DNA of 64,000 bases from Monocercomonoides exilis PA203 (lineage: Eukaryota > Protista > Preaxostyla). The position numbers and the translations under genes are program-made. Of the stretch, positions 50,584 to 62,707 are shown in pieces. Numbering within the stretch: the stretch's first letter is position 1; every line of letters starts with the position of its first letter. The notes beneath the pieces are model-generated. The model did no database searches, was not told the DNA's origin, and saw nothing but the letters and a program-made list of their open reading frames with translations. The DNA lies in assembly GCA_001643675.2 (NCBI GenBank), contig LSRY02000012.1, forward strand, positions 1,054,001 through 1,118,000, written 5' to 3'.

Positions 50584-50602
50584 ATGTTTGGATAGAAGAA
50601 AA
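49937..50602 (-). repeat. Shared 5' tract, copy C (666 bp)
   Basis: Direct repeat of 41635-42300. Confidence 0.9.
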
Positions 50603-51554
50603 TAAGTGATAAAGTTAAAACTCAAAGCAACCTTACAAATATCAGCATTCGTACCAACATATTAATATTAGACATTTTTCCAGTGATAATTGAGAAAAAT
50701 TATGCTTAATATTATCGGTTTATTGTTATGGATTCTTTGATCAGGGAATATTTATAACTGAGTTATCAATTTGCAAAACTTAAAATTGGAAAAGAAATGT
50801 CAACCTCAGTAATTAAAATGCTGATGAAACAGAACTTATCTGTCAGCCTGTGTTACGCCATGATGATTTTGTCTTTTCATTCGTCAATTCCTTATTTCTA
50901 TGTCAGAAATTTTGTTTTTTAATTTTGACCATCCGAAATTTTATAAAGGAGCTTTTGAAATTTATAGTCACTTTGGATTTGTTTCATTTTTCCATTTGGG
51001 GAAAAATAAGTGACTCCTAGCTTTTTAGTTGAAAAAAAATACACTTTTCATGAACTTTTTTATATCAAAAAACACAATAAAAATGGGTCCATTTTTTGAC
51101 GTTTATGAAATGTTGGAAATTTTTATGTTTTGACTTCAACGATGCCTATTCAAGGATATGAAAATCAAATTTATTTAGAAATCTGTGAATCTTCAAAAAA
51201 AAAAAAAAAATGAAAAGAAAAAAAAGAAAGAAAAGGAAAAAATTGTTTTGTGAAAATAATGATGGATATTTTCAAATACTGTATTTGGTGGTATTATCTC
51301 AACAATCGTTGACTGAACATTTTGACAATTGACTCCGTTTTATTCACTCCGTGTTTTCATTATTATGGAACACGCGCAAGCAATATAACCAGCTCCATCG
51401 AATGATGAAGATTACATTTTCAAATTGTTATGAAATTGGGAGATTCTAATACCTCCAGTTTTCTCCGAAAAGAAAAAGTGTTTATTACGTTATTCTGCAG
51501 AGTAAGATGTTTCATTTCTGTATGTCTGACAAGTTTGTGTTCATACAAGATATG

Positions 51555-51931
51555 CAGATATCGCATAAAATACCGGACATCGCACAAAATACCGGACAAG
51601 ATCGTTTGCTCAATAACCACTCAAAGAGAAAATCTGATAATATTCCTCCAAATATATCTCATTAACGCAAACTCATTTGGCATATCAAACTTCCATTTTC
51701 ATGAAGACTGAATATTGAAAAAATAATTTTTAAAATCTCGGAGAAATTTGATTTTGGGTTTCTTTGAGATTTTAAAAATTATTTTTTAAATATTCAGTCT
51801 TCATGAAAATGGAAGTTTGATATGCCAAATGAGTTTGCGTTAATGAGATATATTTGGAGGAATATTATCAGATTTTCTCTTTGAGTGGTTATTGAGAAAA
51901 CCCCATTGTCCGGTATTTTATGTAATATCTG
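51555..51931. mobile_element. Fold-back MITE-like palindrome with degenerate termini, related to 52450-52845
   Basis: 51609-51739 pairs with 51766-51896 (one mismatch seen). Outer AAAATACCGGACAA/TTGTCCGGTATTTT. Termini CAGATAT../..ATATCTG. The right arm lacks one of the two subterminal repeats. Confidence 0.75.
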
Positions 51932-52449
51932 TTTCATCAGTTCTCCAAGTATCTATTTATTTTTGAGAGAAGTTCTGATTCATCTGCAAAATACGACAAA
52001 ACATTAATAAATTAGGTTAAAACACAAGATACGACCGGTCACAAAATTGTCATATGTCACAGCTATCATGATACCACATTGTGCACATAAGTTTTTTTTT
52101 ATGCCTATTGTGTGCGGAAACTGTGAAATATGTTATTTACAATTTTCGTAAAATTCAAAAATCTTTTTCAATTTTGATTGAAACCAATGATTTTTTTCGG
52201 GTATTTATTTGTTAGCTTTTTTTATCGCTATTATATTGTTTGGGTTTTATCCAATATCAACTTGTTAGGGTGAAATTCTGTTGCATAAATTGCTCAATTT
52301 AATTAAATATAAAAATTATTTATCATTGATCAAAAAATGCTCTATTCAAATTGGGGACAAATTAAATTGAATATGTTCAAAGCATATTTGAATGCATTCT
52401 AGAAGAATTTAGATTATTAATCTGTTTATTTTGATTGTCGTTGAATATA

Positions 52450-52845
52450 CAGTTTGTGCAAAAAATACCGGACATCGCAAAAAATACCGGACAAGATCGA
52501 TATCTCAACAACCGCAAGAAGAAAAATTCTGATAATTTTCCTCAATATACATCTCGTCAACACAAAGTCACGTGCCATACCAGACTTTTAAAATCGCCTC
52601 ATTCGTACTCAGAGAAAATTATTTTTTATATTTCGGAGAAACTTGAAATCCTATTTCTCCGAAATATTAAAAATAGATTTCTCTGAGTACGAATGAGGCG
52701 ATTTTAAAAGTCTGGTATGGCACGTGACTTTGTGTTGACGAGATGTATATTGAGGAAAATTATCAGAATTTTTCTTCTTGCGGTTGTTGAGATATCGATC
52801 TTGTCCGGTATTTTTTGCGATGTCCGGTATTTTTTGCACAAACTG
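52450..52845. mobile_element. 396-bp palindromic MITE, Tc1/mariner(pogo)-type ends, TA target duplication
   Basis: TA|CAGTTTGTGC...GCACAAACTG|TA. The 192-bp arms (52450-52641 and 52654-52845) surround a 12-bp spacer. The subterminal repeat GCAAAAAATACCGGACA occurs twice (period 19). Confidence 0.85.
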
Positions 52846-53233
52846 TAATTGATGAAAAAAATATTTGATCAATACCAATTTACAGGGAAATAACAATTTG
52901 ATTCATTTGAAAATAAATGTTTCCGCATAAAATAAAGACATAATAACTTAACGAAACAGTTAACAATAACGTTATAATCACCCTCACAAATTTTTATTAA
53001 CGGTCGTATATTGTGCAATTACCATAAATTACACAGCTTTTAAATTAACCATTAAAAAATGTAAGTTAAGTCGAAATAAGCAAAAAAGGACTGTTGAATT
53101 ACCATTATTAAAAAATAAAAACAACAAAAAATAATTGCATTTTTTTTAATGTTTTAGTGCAGAACCAGTTATTATAAAGCAAATGCAAATGAAGTTTGAT
53201 TTTTTTATTGTTTGAGTATCAAAAAGATATACA

Positions 53234-56200
53234 ATGCTTCTCAGCAACATCCATGAAAACTTTTATAAAGTAATAGAAACCCAAAATGAACATCAGTCAA
53301 AAATTTCAAGCAACTGGGAAAAGAGTTTATGCGTTGACAAGCATTATTCGAATGAGTCAATACAACACTTTTCTTTTTTTGCGAATTCTAGCGCACAAGC
53401 TGAAGCTCAGTATAATTCTGTCGGCTCATCACCATTTTTACTGGATGATTCAGTGGATGAAAGCAGCACATTTAGCAAAAGCGCGATTGCAGAGGCATAT
53501 AGACCAATGGATATCATTTTACGTAAACACATCAATCCAACAAGAGTTACCCAACGAACAAGTTCAGTACCGATTCAATTCAGTCAAAGTTCTGGGGCAA
53601 TGGATTCGAGCAAATGCACAGAATCTGTGAAACCTGATTTTATGGATCGAAGCCGTTTTCTGCTTTCTCGATTTGAAGATGAAAAACAAAGAAATTGGTG
53701 CTTCACAAGAAATCCAGATACACTTTTTAATAGTCCTGCACTCATTCGAAAGGCAACTACATCTTCGAAACAAGAGAAAATAAACCTTGTAGCACCATTG
53801 TCCAATTTTCATACAGATATCTTATCAAGCTGCATGGATATAGAGAGACGACTACAAACAAGAGACAAAGGTTTGTTTTGTTGACTCATAGAACATCTTC
53901 ATGAAAGAATAAAATGAAAATCTGTTTTGTCTAACTTTGTTAACTGTTTGATATAATTGATATCTTTAAGAGTCAAACATTAATTTTTTCCAGGAAAAAA
54001 ATACAGCACACTTGGACAAAGGAAAAGATCCGTTACTGATAGACACAGGAGAGGTTACGGATATGAACGTGATACGAATCACAAATGCGATTGGGCAAAT
54101 AATTTCAGAGAAAAAGGCACTGAAAAAGGCCGAGAAACGGAGCAGGATTTTGAAAAATGACGAGCCAAGAAGGAAAGATGACAATAGGAAAAGAATTGAA
54201 ATGGGGGAAGAAGCAGATTGCTGTATTTCTGAATCACGAAAAGACGAAGAAGATGAACAAGTTGATGCAAATCTAGCGAATATGCAACCAAAAGAGTCAG
54301 CTCCAAACGACTCATTTGGAAGGGCGGCAGAGCCATCGTCGATTATCTTGTCTGACACTTCCTCCCGTTCGTCTTCGTCTTCAACTCTGTCGCTTGACCC
54401 TCTTTTGGAAAGCAATTTTATGCACTGGACAAGGGCACAACAAAAGCTGAATGAACTATCGGCAGATTTCGACTTTGAGCTGGACGGAGAAAAAGTATCT
54501 GGAATTATGGGATGCGAGAAATTCAGATTGCTGAAGAAGTGGAGAGAAAGCGATGAAAAAGCGAAAAAGAGAGAAGCAAACAGAACAGGAGAAAGTGAAA
54601 GTGGTCTGCGCAAAACGAGAAACAAGGAAATTCCTGATGAAGCACTAAGCGGAGGAAGCAAAACGGAGATGGGTGAAGAGAAAGACAGCGATGAGCATAA
54701 GTTAATTATGATGAGGAGGCAGAAGAAAAGAATTCGAAGCCAGATTCACGAAGCCATTTCGTTTGCAAAAATATTTGGGATTTGGATTGAGAAAGAATGG
54801 GAAGTCGACGAAGAGGAACGAAAAATGTGGGAGAAAGCGAAAAACGAGATGGAAGAGAAAGCAAAGAAGAACGACGTCAATACTGTCAGTGGCAGAAAGA
54901 AAGAGACATTAGAAGAATTGAAAAGACGATTGGCCGAAGTAGAAGGGCAAGGCAAAGATGACAATGTTGAATTGGAGGAGTTGAAAGCAACAGCAGCAAG
55001 AAAAGAACAGAAGCTGAAGAAGAAAATCGAAGAGCAAAAACTCAGCCATCTGGAAAGGGTTAGGCGAACAAGAATGAAGGAAAAAGAGAAAGAGAGGAAA
55101 GGAAAGTCTTCAGAAGGAATTGAATTCAAAGAAGAATCAACTGGAAGGAGAAACAGTGCAGACAAAGAGCTGACTAATAGAGAAGAGAATTCAAATGATT
55201 TTTTCCGATACAGTAACTCTTATGCTCCAAGGTTCATAAACCAACATCAATCTTCAGATTTATATATTGTGCCGAATGGAAACATGCAGCCATCATCTAA
55301 TTCTTTTGCACACAACGAGGATGACGCTTTACCATCATTTGAAGATCTTATCATTTCTACGCAATTCTCCAATGAACCTTTTCAACAAAAAAACATCTTT
55401 CAAACGCAAGAAAAACAAGTTGAACCATCTGCCCATTTAAATGATTTTGCGTTGCAAGCTGCTGCTTCGATGCTACAAAATCTGCAGTCAGTTCCATCCA
55501 CTCAATTTGAGCTTCAATTTGATGATAGTGCCGCTGGAGACACGATTACTCATACATCAGCAGATAATTCTGTTGCATCCACTCCAAAGTCTGGAAGCTT
55601 ACCAATTGAAGTAAGCATGCTGCTATATTCCAGAAAGCCATTTCTTCCCTCATCGTCAAGAACGACAACAATGCCATTACCACTTGAGCAATTTGTATCG
55701 GCTTCTCATAAAGCCACACAACAAAACATGCTTCAACTGAAGACAATTGAAATGCCAAGCCAGTCGTATTTAAAGGAGTTTGATTCTTTTCATTCATGTG
55801 AAAGTGAAGAGTGCATGGTGTATACACCAGAGCATCCTGAATGGAGTAACAAAGTGCACTATGTCATTGAAAGCAGCTTGTCTGAAGCTCAAAAGCAAGT
55901 AGAAGCCATGCAATCCAGATGTATTCTAGACACTCAAATACTCGACTTCTTAAGCAAGATTGGATGTCCCTCTTTATCCAGACAAACTATTTCTTTTCGA
56001 GTCACCAAATCTTCCAATTATTTTCCGAGTGTGTTTGTGTCTTCGTCCAGATTTCTGCCTTTGAGGTCGTTTGGCGAAAGGGACGGGATGATAGAGAAAT
56101 TCGAGATTCCACTTTCTGTTTCGATGAAGAGAAGGTTCAGCGTTGTTCCTTCTATTGTGCCTCTCAGCCTTGATTATCTGTACAATTTTCATTTGAAGGC

Positions 56201-56471
56201 AAAGAATTTCAGAAGCGAAAAAGAACAGGACGAAGAATACGAGCCTTTCAACAGCAGCTCATTTATGGACTCGTCTTCTGTATGCTCAGAAAAGCTGCCT
56301 ATGATTCATAATTACGTGTCCGTGGCTTCGCTTCAGAGGAAGCGTAGTGTTTTTTTGTACTATCGAATAGGGTATCATGCATGGATGGAATGCCAGTTCC
56401 ATCTGGCAAAGCCAACACTGAAATATCCGTGGGCGTTCGACCGCCATAACATTTTGAAGGGCAACTGCTAA
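53234..56471 (+). CDS. Hypothetical protein (~1,040 aa) with central coiled-coil/charged region, 2 exons
   Basis: ORFs 53234-53884 and 54012-56471 join in frame via a GT-AG intron at 53871-53970. No domain recognised. Confidence 0.7.
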
Positions 56472-57060
56472 CAGAAACGGAATGATTGTGAAAATCATGT
56501 GCTATTTGTAAGACGGAATGTGTGATGTTTCAATGCGGTTGGCGAAAATGATAAGTTAATTCATATTCATTTGACAATACTTCTGAGATAGAAAATTTTC
56601 CAGCAAAAAAATTATTGCGAAAAATTCAATGCAACTTTTGGAAAAAGTCCAATGAAAAGTGATAATAAAGAAGATGAAATGACAAATGATTAGCAACGAG
56701 CGTATTTTTTTTTGGCATTTCTAAAAAGAAGGATGAAAAAACGAAGTGACAGTTGCGCTTGTCTTGCTCAATGTGAATATTGCTTTAGCTTTTGATTCGT
56801 AACATTTTCTAATTTGAACAATAAATCAACGCAAAATTTCATTTATTGAACAACTCTTTCAGTTTTTCAATTGATAATTATATTAAATTACATATTTTCA
56901 TTAATTGTTTTTTTATAGCTATTTTTACTGTTTTGACATTTTGTACTGTTATTCCTCATATGAAATAAGAAGCTAATAAAACGAAAGAAGAAAAGTAATG
57001 ATTACAACAAAAGAGTTTGTGAATGTTTTTCCCAATCATCATATTTTGATTTTTATAAAA

Positions 57061-57089
57061 ACCAACCAACCAACAAACAAACAAACAAA

Positions 57090-57147
<58 letters not shown>
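57061..57147. repeat. (ACCA)/(ACAA)n grading into ~55-nt poly-A
   Basis: Directly visible. Lies between two convergent genes. Confidence 0.9.
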
Positions 57148-57148
<1 letters not shown>

Positions 57149-57351
57149 ACCTTATATTCTTATATTCATTTGTTCAAAAAATAATATATAGTACATAATA
57201 ATTTAAACATATGCTAAATTATAAACAGAATAGATTTTTTCATAAGTTCGATCTATCGTGTAATTTGTTTTATACATGCCCATAAATTGTGATAGTGATA
57301 TATGAAAAATGATCATCTAAAAATTTGAGGAAGGTTTGTTGAATGACAAAT

Positions 57352-58813
57352 GATTTCAAATGAACAAAGCCAAGTGATTATTGCTTATGAATCTCGTTCT
57401 GTTATTCAAGTGTTTACTTGAAAATGGAGAAGAAATTATTACCTACTTTTTCTGATGGCTTTTTTTCCAATAATTTGTTTTCAAAATTTGCAATTTCGTT
57501 TCCATTGTTGCGATAACATAATTAATTCATTTTCCTTTTATCGAACTACTTATATATCTTAGCTTCAGAAGTTGCAATTCAGAACTTATTTTCAATTTTT
57601 ATATTTTTGTGAATTGTGGATTCTTTTTTTTTAAAACAATAGCTAAATGCATTTCAATTAACATTATAACAATGAGAGCCGATTACAAAATATTGAAATT
57701 TGTATTTTTTCAAAAATTCGTCAAAAAGATAAATTCACATTTTAAGATCTTCACAAAATGGAAGGATATTTTCATGATCTTTCTTTAATCGAATAAGCTC
57801 AATTCTGTTCGAAAGATCATCATTTGTAAGTTTCTGTAATAGCTGTTAGACTAAAAGATAAAGAAAATTATAAAAGGAAAACGAAGAACACCTTAATGCC
57901 ATCTTTAAAATTTGAATCTGTTAATTTCACATTGTCAAATTCCTTTTTTACATCTTCAAATGCTTTTATAGCAGATGTTAGCTTCAAAAGTCTTTATTTG
58001 TAGTAAAGTGAAATTAGACTTAAAATTTCTTTGTAATTGTAAAATCATACCGGTGAAGTTGATTGTTTCTTTTCGTTTCATCAATTAATTCCTTTTCAGT
58101 AATGGATGGAGGAGGATGATGAGAATTCATCCATTCTTCGGCGCTATCCTTTTGTTCACTTATATTTTTAATGTCATTTTGAAGAGCTAACTATGAACAG
58201 AAATTATGAAATTATAGTATAATAAATTCATATTAAAAAATGTCTCACTTCTTCTGTTTCCAATTGTTGTTTTATTATTTCAATTTCTTTTATTTCTTGT
58301 TCTAATTTCTCTGCTTCAGATAAAAGATTTTCTCTTTCAGCGCAAATTCTTTTATAGAATTCATTTGAATCTTCAATAATTTTCTCTTGAAGGATTTTTT
58401 CAAGAACTTTTCTTTGTTCAATTGGTTCTGATTTTGAAATTGGTAAAGAAAAAAAAATAATATCTCAAACAATAGAAATTCTTTAAAACTGATGTTGGAA
58501 TGAATCTGATTTCATTACAGTTATTGGTGACTTTTCTTTTTCGTTCGAAAAATTGCTCAGATTTATCGATGAAGTGAAAGCAAACATGTTTATATTTGAT
58601 TTTTGATGGGAAATTCATTACTAATTCATAAAAAATCTGAAAAAAGAAAATATATTTCATTTTGATAAAGGATTGATCGTGCATGTTCATCTTCAATTCA
58701 ACAGTTTTTTCCCTCCATTTTGCTGTTATTGTTAACAAAAATCCTTTTCGTCAAAGGAAACATTTACAGTGAAACAAACAAAATCAAAATTTAACATTAA
58801 ATATTTCAGACAT
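57352..58813 (-). CDS. Hypothetical multi-exon coiled-coil protein
   Basis: Coding-like exons (EKILQEKIIEDSNEFYKRICAERENLLSEAEKLEQEIKEIE; LQNDIKNISEQKDSAEEWMNSHHPPPSITEKEL; LLQKLTNDDLSNRIELIRLKKDHE) are separated by short AT-rich GT-AG segments. Candidate ATG at 58813. Both ends are uncertain. Confidence 0.55.
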
Positions 58814-59043
58814 AGTGCGTGATTTTTCAAAAAAATAATGAAAAACCCTCTCTTTTTTTTGTGGATGTGTATTTTTTGGACGAAAATAACCAATATTTTA
58901 TACAAATTATTATGAAAATATTCAATTAATGAAATATTATGTAAAAAATAAAAACATACATTTGTACAACATTTTACTTTATTTTGTTTCAATTGTAAAA
59001 ATTTGTTTGAAATTGAAAATTAACCCATACATAATTTTTTGAA

Positions 59044-61700
59044 ATGGAAGATGAAACAAGTAGTTTGCAGTCATCTTCCGATAAATCAAGACCATATGTT
59101 TCAGTAGGTTTCCAAATGAATTTTTTGTTCAGCTCAACACAATTTATTTGATGTGGGATTGTTGTAGAATATTGGAATGAGCGTTATTCATTGAAAAATG
59201 AAATATTTGACTTTTATTGCTGCTACCCTACTTTAATATCAACATTTTTGCATAAAAATGTCAACAATGATAGACCTATCCTCGATTTTGGATGCGGCAA
59301 CTCTCGTATGTTTTTTCGATGACTATTTAAAAAATTAAATGAACTTTTTTTTTTCCTTTTTGTGAAAATATTTGAAATATTATCGAAAATTAAATTAAAA
59401 ATTTGTTTGAGAATTATTGGAATGCCTTTATATTGATGGATTTCAGAAATTATATGGCTTGGATTTTTCAAATGTTGTTATCCAACAAATGATTGAAAGA
59501 TATTCCGAAGAATATCCAAATATAAATTGTATAAATACTTTTCATTTTCATTCAACTATTGAAGAATGTGCATTCAAATTTATTTTATCATTTACCAACT
59601 TTTTTAAAAGGGAAATGTGGATATCTTTCAACAAGGCCATACCCCAAACGTTTTTTTGAGTGCATTATAGATAAAGGTTTTTATTTTTATAAAGTAACTT
59701 TTTTTTTTAATTATGAGCCAAATACTAATGAATAAGGCACAACTGATTCAATACTTTGCGGAAGAAATTGGAGGATTAAATTGTCAAATATTCTCGATTC
59801 AGCACATGCCATGCTTTCTAAAACAGGATTTTACCTAATTATTTCCAATCAAGAAGAACAAGCGATGCGATCAAAAATTGAAAGGGCTTCCGAAGGGTTG
59901 TGGGACATAACTCATTTTATTCTTCCTCCTGGTGCATCTGATGAGTCCTTCGTGCTGTTAAAACAAAACATTTATTCTTCTTTTTCTTCTCATTCACATT
60001 CTTCGTCATGTTCATCATCTTCACATTCATCTTCATCATCTCATTCATCAGCCTCATGCAGATCGGGGGCTTCCGCATTTCAGCCATTTCATTGCCCGTC
60101 TCCTGCATACCATGTATACGTGCTTCACAAAGTGCCAAAGAATCTCGATGGAGGAGCAGATGAAGAAGAAGAAGATCATAACAGCGATAGCGATGATGAC
60201 ACAAGCTCATCAGTCTCTGATGAATTGTCGTCTGAACCAGCCCAACCGAATGCTTCTAGCGACACAGCTCAGCTGCTGCTTAGCGGGGAGATTATGACAG
60301 ACGAAGGAGCTGATGCTGAAAGAGGAGTAGAAGAAGAAGAAGAAGAAGAAGAAGGGGCTGTTGTTGAGCAGGAAGAGCGAGTGCAGAATGTTGAGCAGCT
60401 TTTGGGGGAAGCAAACGAAGTTCTGGTGGAGCAGAGAACAGAGAATGAGAGAAGAGAAGCAGATGCGGGTGAGATTTCAGGGGTAGAGAAGGAGAAAGAG
60501 AAAGAGAAAGAAAAAGAAAAAGAAAAAGAAAAAGAAAAAGAAAAAGAAAAAGAAAAAGAAAAAGAAAAAGAGAAGAATAATAAAGATAAAAAAAATAAGA
60601 AAGATAAAAAGGAGAAAAAGGAAAAGAAGAATAAAGACAAGAAGAAGAAGAAAGGATTCTCGTTTACTGAAGAGGAAGCAGCAGCAGCAACAGAAGAAGG
60701 AGAAGAAGCAGAAGATAAAGGCAGAGCCACCACGTCCACTGAAAATAACAATGAAGCCACCAACGAAGACGGTGAAAACGTAACACAATCAGAACAATCA
60801 CCTCAAAATTCGAATGACAAAGAAAAAACAAGAAACTCGCCAAAATCAAAGAAGAAAGAAAAAACAAAGCGGCTGCGCGAAGCAGAAGAATCTCAACAAA
60901 GCAGCACCCGACTGCAGTCTTTAAGCACTCCACCGCCTCCTCCTTTGGATGAGCTGAGCGGAAATGATCCAATGATAATTGGCACAGAGCAATGCACTCC
61001 ATCTTCATCTCCCCCTCCCCCGCCTCCACCTGCACTCGAACTTCCACTTGCTGTTTCTCCGCCTCAACTGATTCTGCCATCGTCTTCGTTGTCTTCTTTC
61101 TCTGCTTCTTTTGAATCTGCCTCATCTTCATTATCATCTTCCTCACCTCATTCTCCTTCACATCAGAGTGAGCTGTTGGATGACACCAATGTTTTGTCTT
61201 TGACTGCAACTGTTTCCAGTCAACAGGACGATGAAATACCGTTGCTTTCATCCGCTTCTGCTTCACCTGAGGCAGGCAGATCATCTTCCCCTGCTGTGAC
61301 AAGCGCTTCTTCTTCTTCTTCTTCCTCCTTCTCCTCCTCCTCCTCTTCCTCTTCCTCTTCTTCTTCTGAACAAATATCAACAGAGCCAGTGAAGACGAAA
61401 GGGAAGAAGAAGAAGAAGAAGAAAACAACTTTAGACACACCATTGGAAGTCGAGCAGAAAAGCGAAGAGAGAAAAGAAGTGGCGGATTTCAATGAGATTT
61501 CGAGCCAGCCGTCTGTGAGTGCTGTCACTGCAGAAAGCGAGCCAGTTGTTTTTGACTCAACGTTGATGTCGGCTTTTGATCAGACAACAAGCACACTCGA
61601 AATACCAACACCTTCTCACACACCACAGCAAAGCTCTGCTTCAACTGGACTGAAGAAGAAGAAGAAAAAGAAAAAGTCTTCAGAAGCTCAACAAATATGA
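59044..61700 (+). CDS. Class I SAM methyltransferase (EEF1AKMT4/METTL13-N-like) with long acidic/Ser/Lys-rich tail, 5 exons
   Basis: Splicing gives EYWNERY..FDFY..ILDFGCGNS..YGLDFSNVVIQQM..FECIIDKGTTDSILCG..LSKTGFYLIIS, which are the motifs of this family. Confidence 0.85.
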
Positions 61701-62169
61701 TTTTTTTTAAGTTTTTATTTTATTTTATTTTATTTTTTTTTTTGAAAGAAATGTCATTCAAAATATCAAGCTATTTTTTCAATTTTAATTAAAGTGCTTT
61801 CATTTCATTTGTATTTAATTAATTATGTATGTTTTTTTTGATGTTATTTTGAAAGTCAAGAATGAAAGAAAAATTTACTGTATGTTTTTCAAATAATATT
61901 TGTTGTTAATGCTTCGATTTAAGTAACATTATTTGAAAGTTTTCAAAAAATTTTTCTTTAAATCATTTCCATAATTAACACTTTTTCTTTTAAAACCGGA
62001 ATTTTTTGATCATCAAAAAAACCAAGTATGATTTTCATTGTAGTTTCAAAGCGTAATTGTTATCTGTTTATTTAATTTTTATTGCTATACGTATTTTTAT
62101 TATATCCATGATATTACAACGCAACAATCTGCTTATTTCATGCTTTGTTAACATATCGAAAATATCAAG

Positions 62170-62707
62170 ATGCCAGTTACCATCCAAACAAGAAAGGTTC
62201 TGAAGAACCCCCTGCTTCACCGCAAGCAAATGGTTTGAATCGCAATTTTCATATTTTGAGTCATTTATTTTCTTCTATACTTTGATATTTGATAATAATA
62301 ATATCATTTTTTTAATATCAATTTTTTCACAAAAATTTTTGCGCAACCTTGATTAAAAGGTCGTTCATGTGCTCCACCCAGGACAAAAAGCTCTCTCTCG
62401 CATTGAGCTCCGTAACAAACTTGCCAAAAACTTCAAAGTTAAGGATCCAGAATGCGTTATCACTTACGGACTGCGCACTGTTTTCGGAGGAGGGAAAACA
62501 ACTGGATTTGCTCTCATTTATGATAAGAGAGAACACATGAGAAAAATTGAAATCCGTTATCGTAAGATCCGTCATTTGGTGGCAAAGGCTCCAAAGAAGA
62601 AGACCGTCAGAAAGGCAAGAAAGGAGAGAAAGAACAAGGATAAGAAGAATAGAGGTGTGAAGAACCAGAAAGAACAAAAGGCTAAGCGTCGCCAGAAGAA
62701 CCAATAA
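62170..62707 (+). CDS. RPS24: 40S ribosomal protein S24 (eS24), 2 exons (intron 62233-62359)
   Basis: [65 protein letters not shown]. Confidence 0.97.

Noticed and set aside
38079-52847. CRISPR-like array or diversity-generating retroelement
   Set aside because: There is no repeat-spacer periodicity, no reverse transcriptase and no adenine-specific mismatch pattern between the repeats.
57061-57147. Poly-A as a retroposon tail
   Set aside because: No target-site duplication or element body was found, and it grades from (ACAA)n like a simple microsatellite.
62026-62169. Possible 5'-UTR intron or snoRNA ahead of RPS24 (GTATGA...CAAG|ATG)
   Set aside because: The splice signals are too weak to support without transcripts, and no convincing C/D box pair was found.
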